Shown piece by piece: positions 35,104-44,275 of a stretch of DNA of 44,275 bases. This DNA is from a virus (lineage: Duplodnaviria; Caudoviricetes): IMG/VR virus record IMGVR_UViG_3300032295_004070, positions 1 through 44,275 of that record; one strand, 5' to 3'. Numbering within the stretch: position 1 is the stretch's first letter; the number at the start of each line of letters is the position of its first letter. The position numbers and the translations under genes are program-made. The notes beneath the pieces were generated by a model. That model saw only the letters and a program-made list of their open reading frames with translations, had not been told where the DNA came from and made no database searches.

Positions 35104-38100
35104 ATGGCAGCAATTCAAGTTGGAAAATATAAAAGACCCGGTATCTTCTTCGAGGAGTTTGACCAGTCGATTATACCAAATCCGGTAGTACCTGGACTGA
35201 ATATTCCACCAACCTTGGTGGTGGGTTTCTCTAAGAAGGGACCTATTAATACTCCGGTGTTGATTTCGAATCTCTCTGATTTAGAAGCAATTTATGGTCC
35301 ACTAGATCGTAATCTAGAGAGAAAAGGTTCTTATTTCCATAGAACAGTAGCCAAGATGTTAGAATCTGGTACTGTATTGGCAATGAACCTACTCACCACT
35401 AATGATGAATTAGATAAAATCGAATATAGATCACTTTCCACATCTTCTGATAAGTCAAACAGTGCAGTTGATGTAATCCCATTCAGAAAAGTACATGATA
35501 CCTCTTCTTTTTGGAAGCAAGATGCGAAAGTATTCATTGATACAGTAGTTGATGAGGTAAATGGAGCGGATAGATTATTCCACATTACAAACTTATCAAA
35601 TAGGTATGTGAGTGTTTTCATTTTCAAATCAAAACTAACTGGTTATAACCAACCACTTCTTCAGTTCTATGGAACTGCTGATAAAGTTCCGGCTTATGTA
35701 AACCAACTAGATTACGCCTCTGATTATTTAGTAGACGTTCTCATCGTTGGTGGTGACTGGTCCAAGTATGCAGAACTCGCCGTAGATGCTCAATGGTCAG
35801 CTTACTTTGATGCTACAGGTTTGAGAAAAACAGCTGTTTCGGCTTTTGCACAAGATAGAAACGTTAATACACTTGGTTTTTACGAAGGTTTATCACTTAT
35901 CCCATTCTTCAGGGATGAAAATGGAAGAAATATCTTCATCGAGAGTGTTATCAACTTAGACACGGCTAAAACTGGTGTGTTCTGTGCATTCAACGCGGAT
36001 AAACTTGAGGGTGAATTCCCTAATGGTATGGTTGATATCGTGGGTAACAACTTAGCTGTTAATAATCAAATCTCTGATGTAGAGAAAGATTCAATCGAAT
36101 TCCTTTCTTATCAAGAAACTATCACTGAACAGAATGATTTCCCAAATGTGTATCTTGATGATGCGGGTGGAACAACTGGTCAAAACATTGTTGCTTTCGG
36201 TACTAATTTAGCTACTGCAAGGTCTGGTGAGTGGCAATCCACAGCTAGAACAGCCTATCATTCTGAAGGTATCATCGAAGGTGTTATCTTTGGTAATACA
36301 GGTTCGGTTGGTTCATCGGTCGCCGGATTTACAAACTCCACGACGTCTGTAGTAACTTTCCAAGCTGGTACTGTATCACTTGGGGGAAATATTGAACAGC
36401 CTTACTTTGTATCACAAGGTACTAAAGTTCTTGTTGATGGTGGTATCTCAGTACCAACAATCTACACTTTCTCTATCGCTGCTTCTGATTACGCAACAAT
36501 ATCAGGTACACAAACTTTCTATTCAGCATTTTACTTAGATCCTGCAACAGGTGATTTGAAAAAAGAACAAGGAACTATTGCAGGTACCAAACCATCACTT
36601 GCTACAAATGATGTTGTAATGGGTTATGTTACTTATAACTTAAGTGCCGCGGGCACCTTACACAATCAATCATACTCGCCAATAGGTGTTACTGGAAGTA
36701 CTGATTTTAACACTGGCTTCAGTGATTTAGCAGTGGGTACAGATTTCACTGTAACTGATTTGGGGAGTGGTGTAATAAGCGTTACTTTTGTTGGGACAGC
36801 AATAACCGACGTTACAAATAACTATGAGGTTCATAGAAGAATTGCTCTCTTCAACTTCTTGGTTGGTATGTTGGATTCTTCTAACATTGGAAAAATGGCA
36901 ATGTTGGCTAATGTTTCAACTGGTCAAAAGATTTCATTGGAGAATGCTTCAATATCTGATATTGTAACAGTATCCACTTCACCGAAATCATTCAAACTCA
37001 ATCTTGGAACTGGCACTACACCTACAGCTATCTCTGCTGGAAACTTGGTATTCTATAAATTGGACAACGAGTTTGTTTCTGGTAGTTTAGAATTCAGTAC
37101 AACTACATCCGTTGCTACAACAACAAGTGGTGTCGCTGGTAAATATTCAGATGTTTACTTAGCATTCTACGGTGGTACTATCAACACAGGTGATTATTTC
37201 TATGGAGATTACACTGTAACAGATTCTAGAGTTGTATTTACTAGTGACTTTGCTGGAACACCAGTGATTGTATTCACAGCATCACAGGGTTGGATTACAA
37301 GTGGTACAGAATCATTTATCATCCCAACGTCTGTTGATAATTATAAAACATTTACACTTGTGTCTACCGCAACAGGTTCAAACATAGTTGACCCTAGTAC
37401 TGGTGGTTCATTCAGTAATGCTGTATCAGCTTACGTTGTAAATAAGAGCACAACTTTCGAAGACCTTAGTTCGGTGACAAGAATTTGGGATGCATCTGTA
37501 AGGAAATATATCTCTGGATATACTGATTTAGTAACTAAAGACCTCACAGTTAAGTTTTATGATAGTACACTTACCGCAACACAATCTGCTAGTTTCAATG
37601 GTTCAATGAACTTAATTTCAGACCTAACCGATTTGAAAGAAACAATCGAGATAGTTGAACCAACTGGATACACAGTGGTTAATAATAAAATATTGGTTCT
37701 AGGTGATAGATACCCAACTCTTAAAACTGGTGAGTTCTTGTTAGCGGATGTTAACGAAGATCCAGATGTATTACCTACAGGAGCAGTTGGAAGAAGATTG
37801 ACTAGAATTCTTAACAAGAAAGCTTGGTCAGTAGATCCAACATATGCTGAGATTACTTGTGACGCAGCCATTAAGAAGTTTTCTATTGGTACTGGTAAAC
37901 AAACTCTAAAATACACAACACTTGATACATACGCTAGTACATATAAAGCATTAGTGTTAAAAGGATTTAGACCAAGAGCTGCTTCTCAGCCTGATGGCAC
38001 AGAGGAAACACAATCTTCTATCCTAAACATTATCGCAAAAGGTACTCAGTTATTCAAAGCTCTTGTTAACAAGGATGCTATCGACTTCAGATATGTTGTT

Positions 38101-38982
38101 GACTCTTTTGGACTTGGACTCACTGAATTCTCAAAGCAGCAAATAATGGATATCTGTGGTGACAGATTGGATTGTTTCGGATTCCTTAACATGCCATCCA
38201 CAAGACAGTTCAGAAACTCAGTATCACCAAGTTTCGTAGATGCTAATGGTAATCTATCAACATCTCTTATAGCTTCTGGTGGTGACCCAGAGAAAAATCC
38301 AATATTCTTGTACTCCTTCGGTACAGGTAAAGGAACAACATCTACTGGATATTTCTTACCTTATCTTGTCATCAACGATAACGGAAGACCTACTGAACTC
38401 CCACCAGCAATGTTCGCAGCAACAACGTATATGAGAAAGTTCTTACAGTTGACTACATCCATCCTTCCTTGGACTATCGCAGCTGGTGTAACTAATGGTA
38501 GAGTATTGGGTATTCAAGGTGTTGAAACTAACTTTAGTTTCCAAGACTTAGAAAATCTTAACCTAGCTCAAATGAACCCAATCGTGTTCAAGAGAAACAG
38601 AGGTTTTGTAATCGAAACTGAGAATACTGCACAAACTATTTACAAATCAGCTCTTTCTTACATCCACGTAAGAGAAGTTCTAATCGAACTTGAAAGAGAA
38701 CTTGGAGATATGTTACTTGACTTCCAGTGGAAGTTCAATACACCAGATGTAAGAGCTGAAATCAAATTGAAAGCTGATGTCATCTGTGAAAGCTACGTAG
38801 CAAGACAAGGTCTTTACAACTACTTTAACAAGTGTGACGAAGAGAACAATACACCTGACCTAATCGACAGACAAATCGGTGTTATTGATACCTATGTTGA
38901 GCCAATCAAAGGTATGGGTATTATTGTTAATAACATTACTATACTTAGAACTGGAGCTATCGAAGCTGGTGGATTCGCTTAA
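35104..38982 (+). CDS. gp18: tail sheath protein (gp18-like) with a large central insertion
   Basis: RPGIFFEEFDQS, VVGFSKKGPINTPVLI, PWTIAAG..NG, SALSYIHVREVLI, CDEENNTPDLIDRQ..IDTYVEPIK. Confidence 0.95.
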   Translation: MAAIQVGKYKRPGIFFEEFDQSIIPNPVVPGLNIPPTLVVGFSKKGPINTPVLISNLSDLEAIYGPLDRNLERKGSYFHRTVAKMLESGTVLAMNLLTTNDELDKIEYRSLSTSSDKSNSAVDVIPFRKVHDTSSFWKQDAKVFIDTVVDEVNGADRLFHITNLSNRYVSVFIFKSKLTGYNQPLLQFYGTADKVPAYVNQLDYASDYLVDVLIVGGDWSKYAELAVDAQWSAYFDATGLRKTAVSAFAQDRNVNTLGFYEGLSLIPFFRDENGRNIFIESVINLDTAKTGVFCAFNADKLEGEFPNGMVDIVGNNLAVNNQISDVEKDSIEFLSYQETITEQNDFPNVYLDDAGGTTGQNIVAFGTNLATARSGEWQSTARTAYHSEGIIEGVIFGNTGSVGSSVAGFTNSTTSVVTFQAGTVSLGGNIEQPYFVSQGTKVLVDGGISVPTIYTFSIAASDYATISGTQTFYSAFYLDPATGDLKKEQGTIAGTKPSLATNDVVMGYVTYNLSAAGTLHNQSYSPIGVTGSTDFNTGFSDLAVGTDFTVTDLGSGVISVTFVGTAITDVTNNYEVHRRIALFNFLVGMLDSSNIGKMAMLANVSTGQKISLENASISDIVTVSTSPKSFKLNLGTGTTPTAISAGNLVFYKLDNEFVSGSLEFSTTTSVATTTSGVAGKYSDVYLAFYGGTINTGDYFYGDYTVTDSRVVFTSDFAGTPVIVFTASQGWITSGTESFIIPTSVDNYKTFTLVSTATGSNIVDPSTGGSFSNAVSAYVVNKSTTFEDLSSVTRIWDASVRKYISGYTDLVTKDLTVKFYDSTLTATQSASFNGSMNLISDLTDLKETIEIVEPTGYTVVNNKILVLGDRYPTLKTGEFLLADVNEDPDVLPTGAVGRRLTRILNKKAWSVDPTYAEITCDAAIKKFSIGTGKQTLKYTTLDTYASTYKALVLKGFRPRAASQPDGTEETQSSILNIIAKGTQLFKALVNKDAIDFRYVVDSFGLGLTEFSKQQIMDICGDRLDCFGFLNMPSTRQFRNSVSPSFVDANGNLSTSLIASGGDPEKNPIFLYSFGTGKGTTSTGYFLPYLVINDNGRPTELPPAMFAATTYMRKFLQLTTSILPWTIAAGVTNGRVLGIQGVETNFSFQDLENLNLAQMNPIVFKRNRGFVIETENTAQTIYKSALSYIHVREVLIELERELGDMLLDFQWKFNTPDVRAEIKLKADVICESYVARQGLYNYFNKCDEENNTPDLIDRQIGVIDTYVEPIKGMGIIVNNITILRTGAIEAGGFA

Positions 38983-39001
38983 TAAGAATCAGATAAAAAA
39001 G

Positions 39002-39031
39002 AAAAACCCCCAAGAGATTGGGGGTTTTTTT
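39002..39031. terminator. bidirectional intrinsic terminator
   Basis: A5, CCCCCAA-gaga-TTGGGGG, T7 between convergent genes. Confidence 0.9.
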
Positions 39032-39045
39032 ATATTAATGAAAAA

Positions 39046-39315
39046 TTAAAGTTCTAAAAAAGATAATAAAATATCTAGATTTTTTTTATTGTAATCAGAA
39101 AGGTTTTCTTTACCACCCATTTTTAAATATAAATTGTAAACATCTTGAAATTGGTCTAATGTATAAAAATTTCCATCTATGCCCTCTATTGTAGTAGTGT
39201 CGGAACTATCCAAACTATTAGGGAGTTCTTGGGCTCCAAAGTTTGGTCCCATATCTTTACCAAAAAGTTCCGTACCACTTATAGCTTCGTAAAACTTATT
39301 CCACTTTTTAATCAT
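39046..39315 (-). CDS. hypothetical protein
   Basis: 89 aa; leader MIKKWNKFYE. Confidence 0.7.
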   Translation of the reverse strand: MIKKWNKFYEAISGTELFGKDMGPNFGAQELPNSLDSSDTTTIEGIDGNFYTLDQFQDVYNLYLKMGGKENLSDYNKKNLDILLSFLEL

Positions 39316-39763
39316 TTGATTTTTCTATTTTTTCAAAGAATTCACCACTAGATTCTAATGAATAAAAATCTTTTTTTAAGTTATAAGTCAGTTTATATAA
39401 AAAATTATCACATATCTTATATTTAGAACCATGTTTAAAAAATAATATACAACATTCACTTTCGAAATCATTTGTGATTGAGGTAATTTGTTCGTCAATT
39501 TTACCATCCTTGTCATAAAGATTACAAATGATTTTTTTATTAGCATTCAATAGATTACATATCTTTTCGAATACTTGATTTTTCGAAAGGTGTGAAAAAT
39601 CCAATAATTCCCCATCAGAAATTGAATCAAAGTTTTTTAAAAATAGTTTTTCAGATTCAGAAATAAACCTACCCTCTTGTATTTTTTGCAAAATCAAATT
39701 TAACTCTTGATCTTTCAATGTCCTGGTAGAGTTTTTTATACTTATATTACTTTCCGTAACCAT
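39308..39763 (-). CDS. hypothetical protein with N-terminal DUF6576-like motif
   Basis: LNLILQKIQEGRFISESEKLFL; TAATATATA at 39776-39768. Confidence 0.7.
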   Translation of the reverse strand: MVTESNISIKNSTRTLKDQELNLILQKIQEGRFISESEKLFLKNFDSISDGELLDFSHLSKNQVFEKICNLLNANKKIICNLYDKDGKIDEQITSITNDFESECCILFFKHGSKYKICDNFLYKLTYNLKKDFYSLESSGEFFEKIEKSND

Positions 39764-39823
39764 AGAATATATATTAAAGACTTTTCTTATTATTATATAT
39801 AGTATAATATTTTAAAGTTTTTG

Positions 39824-42800
39824 ATGGATAAGAAACTACTCCAAGCATTAAATAATTTATCTCTCGGATTGGAAGAACTTTCCAAAACACTCGAATCTAA
39901 AGATAAACCTAAAGCGGATACAAGCAAGGCTTTGATGAGCCAAGATCTCAACAAAAAGTTTGACGAACTGAGCAAATCAGTCAAATCCTTTATAGAATTT
40001 GGAGAAAAAACAATAACAAGTCTATCAAAACAGAATGTATTCAAAGACATAAGTAAAGTTTCGGTCGAAATTAATGAATCTTTGAAGAGAATTATCTCAT
40101 CAACTAATCTATTGTTATCTAGGCAGTCACAAATGGATATCCAGTTGTCAAAAATCGGACCATTTCCTGAGATACCATTACCACCAAAAATGGTAATAAT
40201 TGATATTCGATTTAATAAACCTACTCTTCCAAAGTTTGATTTGCCGAAAATTCCAAAGTTAGATTTTTCTTTTAACAAACCAACGTTGCCGAAGATAGAC
40301 CTTCCAAAGTTACCAAAGTTGGATTTCCTATTTAACAAACCTACTCTACCCAAAATTGAGTTACCTAAGTTACCAAAGTTAGATTTCTCTTTTAACAAAC
40401 CTACTCTTCCTAAAATTGAGTTACCTAAGTTACCAAAGTTGGATTTTTTATTTAGTAAGCCGACGTTGCCAAAGATAGAGCTTCCAAAGTTACCAAAGTT
40501 GGATTTCTCTTTTAACAAACCAACTTTACCAAAATTCGATTTGCCAAAAATTCCAAAGTTTAATTTTGAATTTAAAAAACCGATTTTACCAAAATTTGAT
40601 TTACCGAAAATTCCAAAATTTAATTTTGAATTTAATAAGCCAACGTTGCCAAAATTTGATTTACCAAAAATTCCAAAATTTAATTTTGAATTTAATAAGC
40701 CAACATTACCAAAGATAGACCTTCCAAAGTTACCGAAGCTTGATTTTTCATTTAAAAAACCAACCTTACCGAAGATAGATCTTCCTAAGTTACCGAAGCT
40801 CGATTTTTCATTCAAAAAACCAACTTTACCAAAGTTACCTAGTTTACCAAAATTACCTAAGATTAATTTAGATTTTACTAAACCAACTCTACCAGAAATA
40901 CCAAAAGTCCCTAAAGTTCCTCAAATAGAACTAGGATTTACTAAGCCAACTTTACCAGAAATACCAAAGCCAAAACCGGTTATTGTAGATGTTGAATATG
41001 AGAAGAAGAATGAACCATCTACAATTGTAAAACAAGGTAAGGAAAAGAGCAACCTGTTCGGTGAGGTTGGGGATGAGAATGAAAAGAAAAAAATCTCAAG
41101 TGGAGTTAAATTAATAATTCTTATCGCAGCTGGAGTTCTTGCAATAGGGTTGGCATTGAAAATAGTCGGTGGTGTTAATGTTGCTTCGGTATTAGCTTTA
41201 GGTCTTGCCATATCCGTTCTAGCGGTGGCATTTTCTAAACTAGCAGAAGCCAAGGAACTCACACCAAAAAGAGCTGGTACACTATTGTTAGTAATGGTAG
41301 GAATATCCTTAGCCGTATTGGCCTCGTCATTTATTTTATCTGGTGTGAGACCAGTTGGATTGCTTCAAATGGTTACGGCCATATTGATTGCTGGTATGTT
41401 TACTGTACTTTCTTATGGTATAGGAAAACTATTATCGGGAATGGGCGAAATCACTGGTAAATCATTGATAGTTTTACCGATGCTACCATTCATAATGGTT
41501 GCAATTTCTGCTGCAATCACCGCCTCATCGTTTATTTTGAGTGGTGTTAAACCTATAGGTTTATTCCAAGCTATCACTGCCATATTGATTGCAGGTGTAT
41601 TTGCAGTTGTTTCTTACGGATTGGGACAGTTGTTAATTGGACTAAGTAAATTAACTCCAAAAGCGGTATTGTTTATACCATTATTACCGATAGTTTTAGT
41701 TGCTATGTCTGCAGCCATTGTTGGATCATCTTATTTATTGAGTGCGGTAAAACCAATCGGCTTATTCCAAGCAATAACTGCCATATTAATAGCTGCGGTT
41801 TTTGCAGCAGTGAGTTATGGTTTGGGTAAATTATTGGATGGGATGTCAAAAATATCAGCAACAAAAGCTGTTGTCATAGCTGCCATGTTACCGATTGTTC
41901 TTGTAGCTATTTCGGCTGCAATAACCGCGTCATCTTTCCTTTTTGCAATGATTAAACCTATTGGTTTATTCCAAGCATTCACCGCCATATTGATAGCCAT
42001 AGTTTTTATACCGATATCATTTGCCATACCTTTTATAACTAAAGCTATGCAAGGAGTTAAGAAATCGGATATGGCTATTGTACCATTTTTATTGATTGCA
42101 ATGGCTGGTGTTATTTGGGTTGCTTCCCACATATTTGCGGACATAAAGGTTGTTCCATTTTCTAAATTGATGACTGCAATCGGTTTATCCGTAACATTAG
42201 CTGCTATTGGTATATCTTTAGGATTTACATTAAATTTCTTATCGAAATATAAAAAGAACCAAATGTTTGATGGTGCAGTAAATCTATTAATCATCGCTGG
42301 TACACTTGTAGCATCATCTTTGTTATTGTCTTTAGGAAAATACAATAAATACCCATCAATTAGTTGGGTGTTCTTTACTGCAATCTCATTGGTTGTCTTC
42401 GGTGGAGCAATTTTTGCCTTAGAAAAATTAAAGTTAACAACCTCTCAAGTTATAAAAGGTGGTATCTCAATTGTCGCACTAGCCACAACGATATTATTGA
42501 CATCTCTAATAATTTCCGAAGGTAAATACACTAAATATCCAAGTTTTAATTGGGTATTATCGACAGCAATAAGTATTGGAATTTTTGGAGCATTAGGTTT
42601 CTTAATAACAAAGATAACAAGCATAGGACAAGTTATAACAGGTAGTATTTGTATCTTAGCTATAGCTGGTACTATTTATTTAAGCTCTTTAATATTATCT
42701 GAAGGAAAATATACCAAATACCCAAGTCTCCAATGGACCTTATCGGTTGCGGCAGCAATGATACCATTTGGTATAGCTGCTGTAGTTTTAGGTTCTATTG

Positions 42801-44275
42801 TAATGTCTGGAATCGGAGGAGTGGCTATTGCCGCTGGATTAGCAGCCATATTGACTATCGCGGCTAGTATCGTGGCTGCTGATATGATTCTTGCAAATGG
42901 TAAATACACTAAATATCCAGATTACAAATGGGCGTTGGGTGTGGGTCTTTCTCTAACAATATTCGGAACCGCAGCCGCTGCTCTAGGCACAGTCATACTA
43001 GCAAGTTTTGGAGTTGGTGCGGCAGCGATAGCAGCTGGTATTGGAGCAGTACTTAGTATCGCTCAAGCAATAGTTGACTCATCTCTTATCTTAGATAAAG
43101 GTAAATATGATGGTGGACCAACAGCTAAGTGGTCTATGGGAGTAGCAATGGCTTTGGGTGGATTTATGCCTGTATACAAAATGATGATGGCAAATGCCAT
43201 AATGTCACTTTTCGGAGGAGGTGGAATAGGTCCAAAGGAATTCTCAGAAGCTATCAAAACCGTATCAATGGGTATAGTCACCGCTGCTAAAATTTTAGCA
43301 GGTGGAAATTTCACAGGCGGACCAAAGAAAGAGTGGGCACAGAGTGTTGGTATTGCCATCGGAGCATTCAGTAAAGTTTATGGTATGTTATTAGCCAATG
43401 GAATAGCTAAGATGTTTGGTGGTGGAATAGGTCCTGTTGAGTTCTCTGAAGCTATCGAAACAGTATCAAAGGGTATAAAAACTGCGGCTGATACATTATC
43501 AACTGGTAGGTTTGAGGGTGGTCCTAAGAAAGAATGGGCAGAAGGTGTAGGTCTATCAATAGGTGCGTTCGGTAAAGTTTATGCAATGCTTATCGCAAAC
43601 AAGTTCCCATTCATAGGTGGTGGTATAGGTCCCGAAGATTTTTCGAAAGCTATCGAGACCGTATCAAAAGGAATAAAAACTGCATCCATTCATCTATCTA
43701 GTGCAAAATTCGAAGGTGGTCCTAAAAAGGAATGGGCAGAAGGTGTAGGTATTGCAATCGGTGCCTTCTCACCAGTATATGGAATGTTATTGAAAAATGG
43801 AATATTCAAGTTTTTGGGTGGTGGAATTGGACCAGATGATTTTGCAAAAGCTATTGAATCTGTATCTGCAGGTATCAAAACAGCTTCTATCAATCTAGCA
43901 CAATCTAAATTTGAAGATGGTCCTAAGAAAGAATGGGCAGAGGGTGTAGGTATTGCAATTGGTGCTTTCTCACCTGTATATGCAATGTTAGTAAAGAACG
44001 GCATATTCAAAATGCTAGGTGGTGGAGGTATCGGACCAGAAGAATTTTCTAATGCTATTGTTGTTGTCTCAAATGGTATTATACAAGCTGCTAAAAACTT
44101 TAACTCACCCGAGAATACTGGTGTATTCGATGTAACAAAGGTTCCTAGCAAAGCTTGGGGTGAAGGTGTTTCAACTGCATTGGGAGGATTTATACCAGTC
44201 TTACAGTTGATAAGTCAAAGCAAATCGTTCTTGGGCTTAGGTGGTGGACTTTCATTGGAAGAAATAAAAGATGCA
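39824..44275 (+). CDS. tape-measure-like protein (partial, >1484 aa, runs off right edge; not in ORF track)
   Basis: MDKKLLQALNNLS...; same frame open wherever checked, up to the window end; Ala/Gly/Ile-rich ~60-68-aa hydrophobic repeats; near the tail sheath gene. Confidence 0.75.
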   Translation, partial: MDKKLLQALNNLSLGLEELSKTLESKDKPKADTSKALMSQDLNKKFDELSKSVKSFIEFGEKTITSLSKQNVFKDISKVSVEINESLKRIISSTNLLLSRQSQMDIQLSKIGPFPEIPLPPKMVIIDIRFNKPTLPKFDLPKIPKLDFSFNKPTLPKIDLPKLPKLDFLFNKPTLPKIELPKLPKLDFSFNKPTLPKIELPKLPKLDFLFSKPTLPKIELPKLPKLDFSFNKPTLPKFDLPKIPKFNFEFKKPILPKFDLPKIPKFNFEFNKPTLPKFDLPKIPKFNFEFNKPTLPKIDLPKLPKLDFSFKKPTLPKIDLPKLPKLDFSFKKPTLPKLPSLPKLPKINLDFTKPTLPEIPKVPKVPQIELGFTKPTLPEIPKPKPVIVDVEYEKKNEPSTIVKQGKEKSNLFGEVGDENEKKKISSGVKLIILIAAGVLAIGLALKIVGGVNVASVLALGLAISVLAVAFSKLAEAKELTPKRAGTLLLVMVGISLAVLASSFILSGVRPVGLLQMVTAILIAGMFTVLSYGIGKLLSGMGEITGKSLIVLPMLPFIMVAISAAITASSFILSGVKPIGLFQAITAILIAGVFAVVSYGLGQLLIGLSKLTPKAVLFIPLLPIVLVAMSAAIVGSSYLLSAVKPIGLFQAITAILIAAVFAAVSYGLGKLLDGMSKISATKAVVIAAMLPIVLVAISAAITASSFLFAMIKPIGLFQAFTAILIAIVFIPISFAIPFITKAMQGVKKSDMAIVPFLLIAMAGVIWVASHIFADIKVVPFSKLMTAIGLSVTLAAIGISLGFTLNFLSKYKKNQMFDGAVNLLIIAGTLVASSLLLSLGKYNKYPSISWVFFTAISLVVFGGAIFALEKLKLTTSQVIKGGISIVALATTILLTSLIISEGKYTKYPSFNWVLSTAISIGIFGALGFLITKITSIGQVITGSICILAIAGTIYLSSLILSEGKYTKYPSLQWTLSVAAAMIPFGIAAVVLGSIVMSGIGGVAIAAGLAAILTIAASIVAADMILANGKYTKYPDYKWALGVGLSLTIFGTAAAALGTVILASFGVGAAAIAAGIGAVLSIAQAIVDSSLILDKGKYDGGPTAKWSMGVAMALGGFMPVYKMMMANAIMSLFGGGGIGPKEFSEAIKTVSMGIVTAAKILAGGNFTGGPKKEWAQSVGIAIGAFSKVYGMLLANGIAKMFGGGIGPVEFSEAIETVSKGIKTAADTLSTGRFEGGPKKEWAEGVGLSIGAFGKVYAMLIANKFPFIGGGIGPEDFSKAIETVSKGIKTASIHLSSAKFEGGPKKEWAEGVGIAIGAFSPVYGMLLKNGIFKFLGGGIGPDDFAKAIESVSAGIKTASINLAQSKFEDGPKKEWAEGVGIAIGAFSPVYAMLVKNGIFKMLGGGGIGPEEFSNAIVVVSNGIIQAAKNFNSPENTGVFDVTKVPSKAWGEGVSTALGGFIPVLQLISQSKSFLGLGGGLSLEEIKDA
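40211..40975 (+). repeat. 11 x 60-nt plus 2 degenerate (63-nt spacing) coding repeats (FNKPTLPKIDLPKLPKLDFS)
   Basis: Unit starts at 40211, 40271 ... 40811, then 40874 and 40937; mostly synonymous or conservative variation. Confidence 0.95.
41270..44200 (+). repeat. three families of ~180-204-nt coding repeats (KPIGLFQAITAILIA; GKYTKYP; GGPKKEWAEGVGIAIGAF)
   Basis: ttattccaagc at 41561, 41762, 41966; GKYxKYP near 42336, 42521, 42703, 42899; GGPKKEWA near 43316, 43516, 43714, 43915. Confidence 0.85.

Noticed and set aside
40211-40975. Possible CRISPR array (regular 60-nt period)
   Set aside because: No unique spacers; the whole unit repeats with codon-position variation inside an open frame.
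39793-44151. Minus-strand ORFs 39793..40815, 40921..41262, 41815..42345, 42676..42909, 43063..43359, 43690..44151
   Set aside because: Antisense shadows of the long + strand ORF from 39824; repeat codon bias removes stops.
1-44275. Stop-codon reassignment as in some large phages
   Set aside because: Core genes are full length in code 11, and TAG and TGA act as stops (terminase, clpS, peptidase).

Overview
AT-rich segment of a large T4-superfamily-like (jumbo) myovirus genome read in the standard code. The host is inferred to be Bacteroidota from the lack of Shine-Dalgarno motifs, the ClpS and tmRNA types, and DUF6576-like motifs. Virion and packaging genes are scattered over both strands: major capsid, prohead protease fused to a repeat-rich scaffold, portal, gp2, gp4, gp15, gp25, terminase subunits, a 1292-aa tail sheath and a >1484-aa tape-measure-like ORF missing from the ORF track. 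Also present are a gp55-like late sigma factor and a clamp loader. Accessory genes include a tmRNA with a 30-aa tag, a frameshifted stand-alone NFACT-R protein, an M20/M28 peptidase, ClpS, a pol-beta-type nucleotidyltransferase, a degenerate RNA-ligase-like protein, a minimal family-A polymerase-like protein, a glycosyltransferase and an isochorismatase-like hydrolase. Main observations: (1) about ten unrelated proteins share an N-terminal leader resembling the T4 capsid-targeting sequence, echoed by the scaffold repeat, suggesting a packaged cargo-enzyme system; (2) a ribosome-rescue/proteolysis cluster; (3) a recurring ATATATA late promoter with an extended upstream box; (4) a probable AUU start codon on the late sigma factor. 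All calls come from reading motifs by eye; no searches were run.
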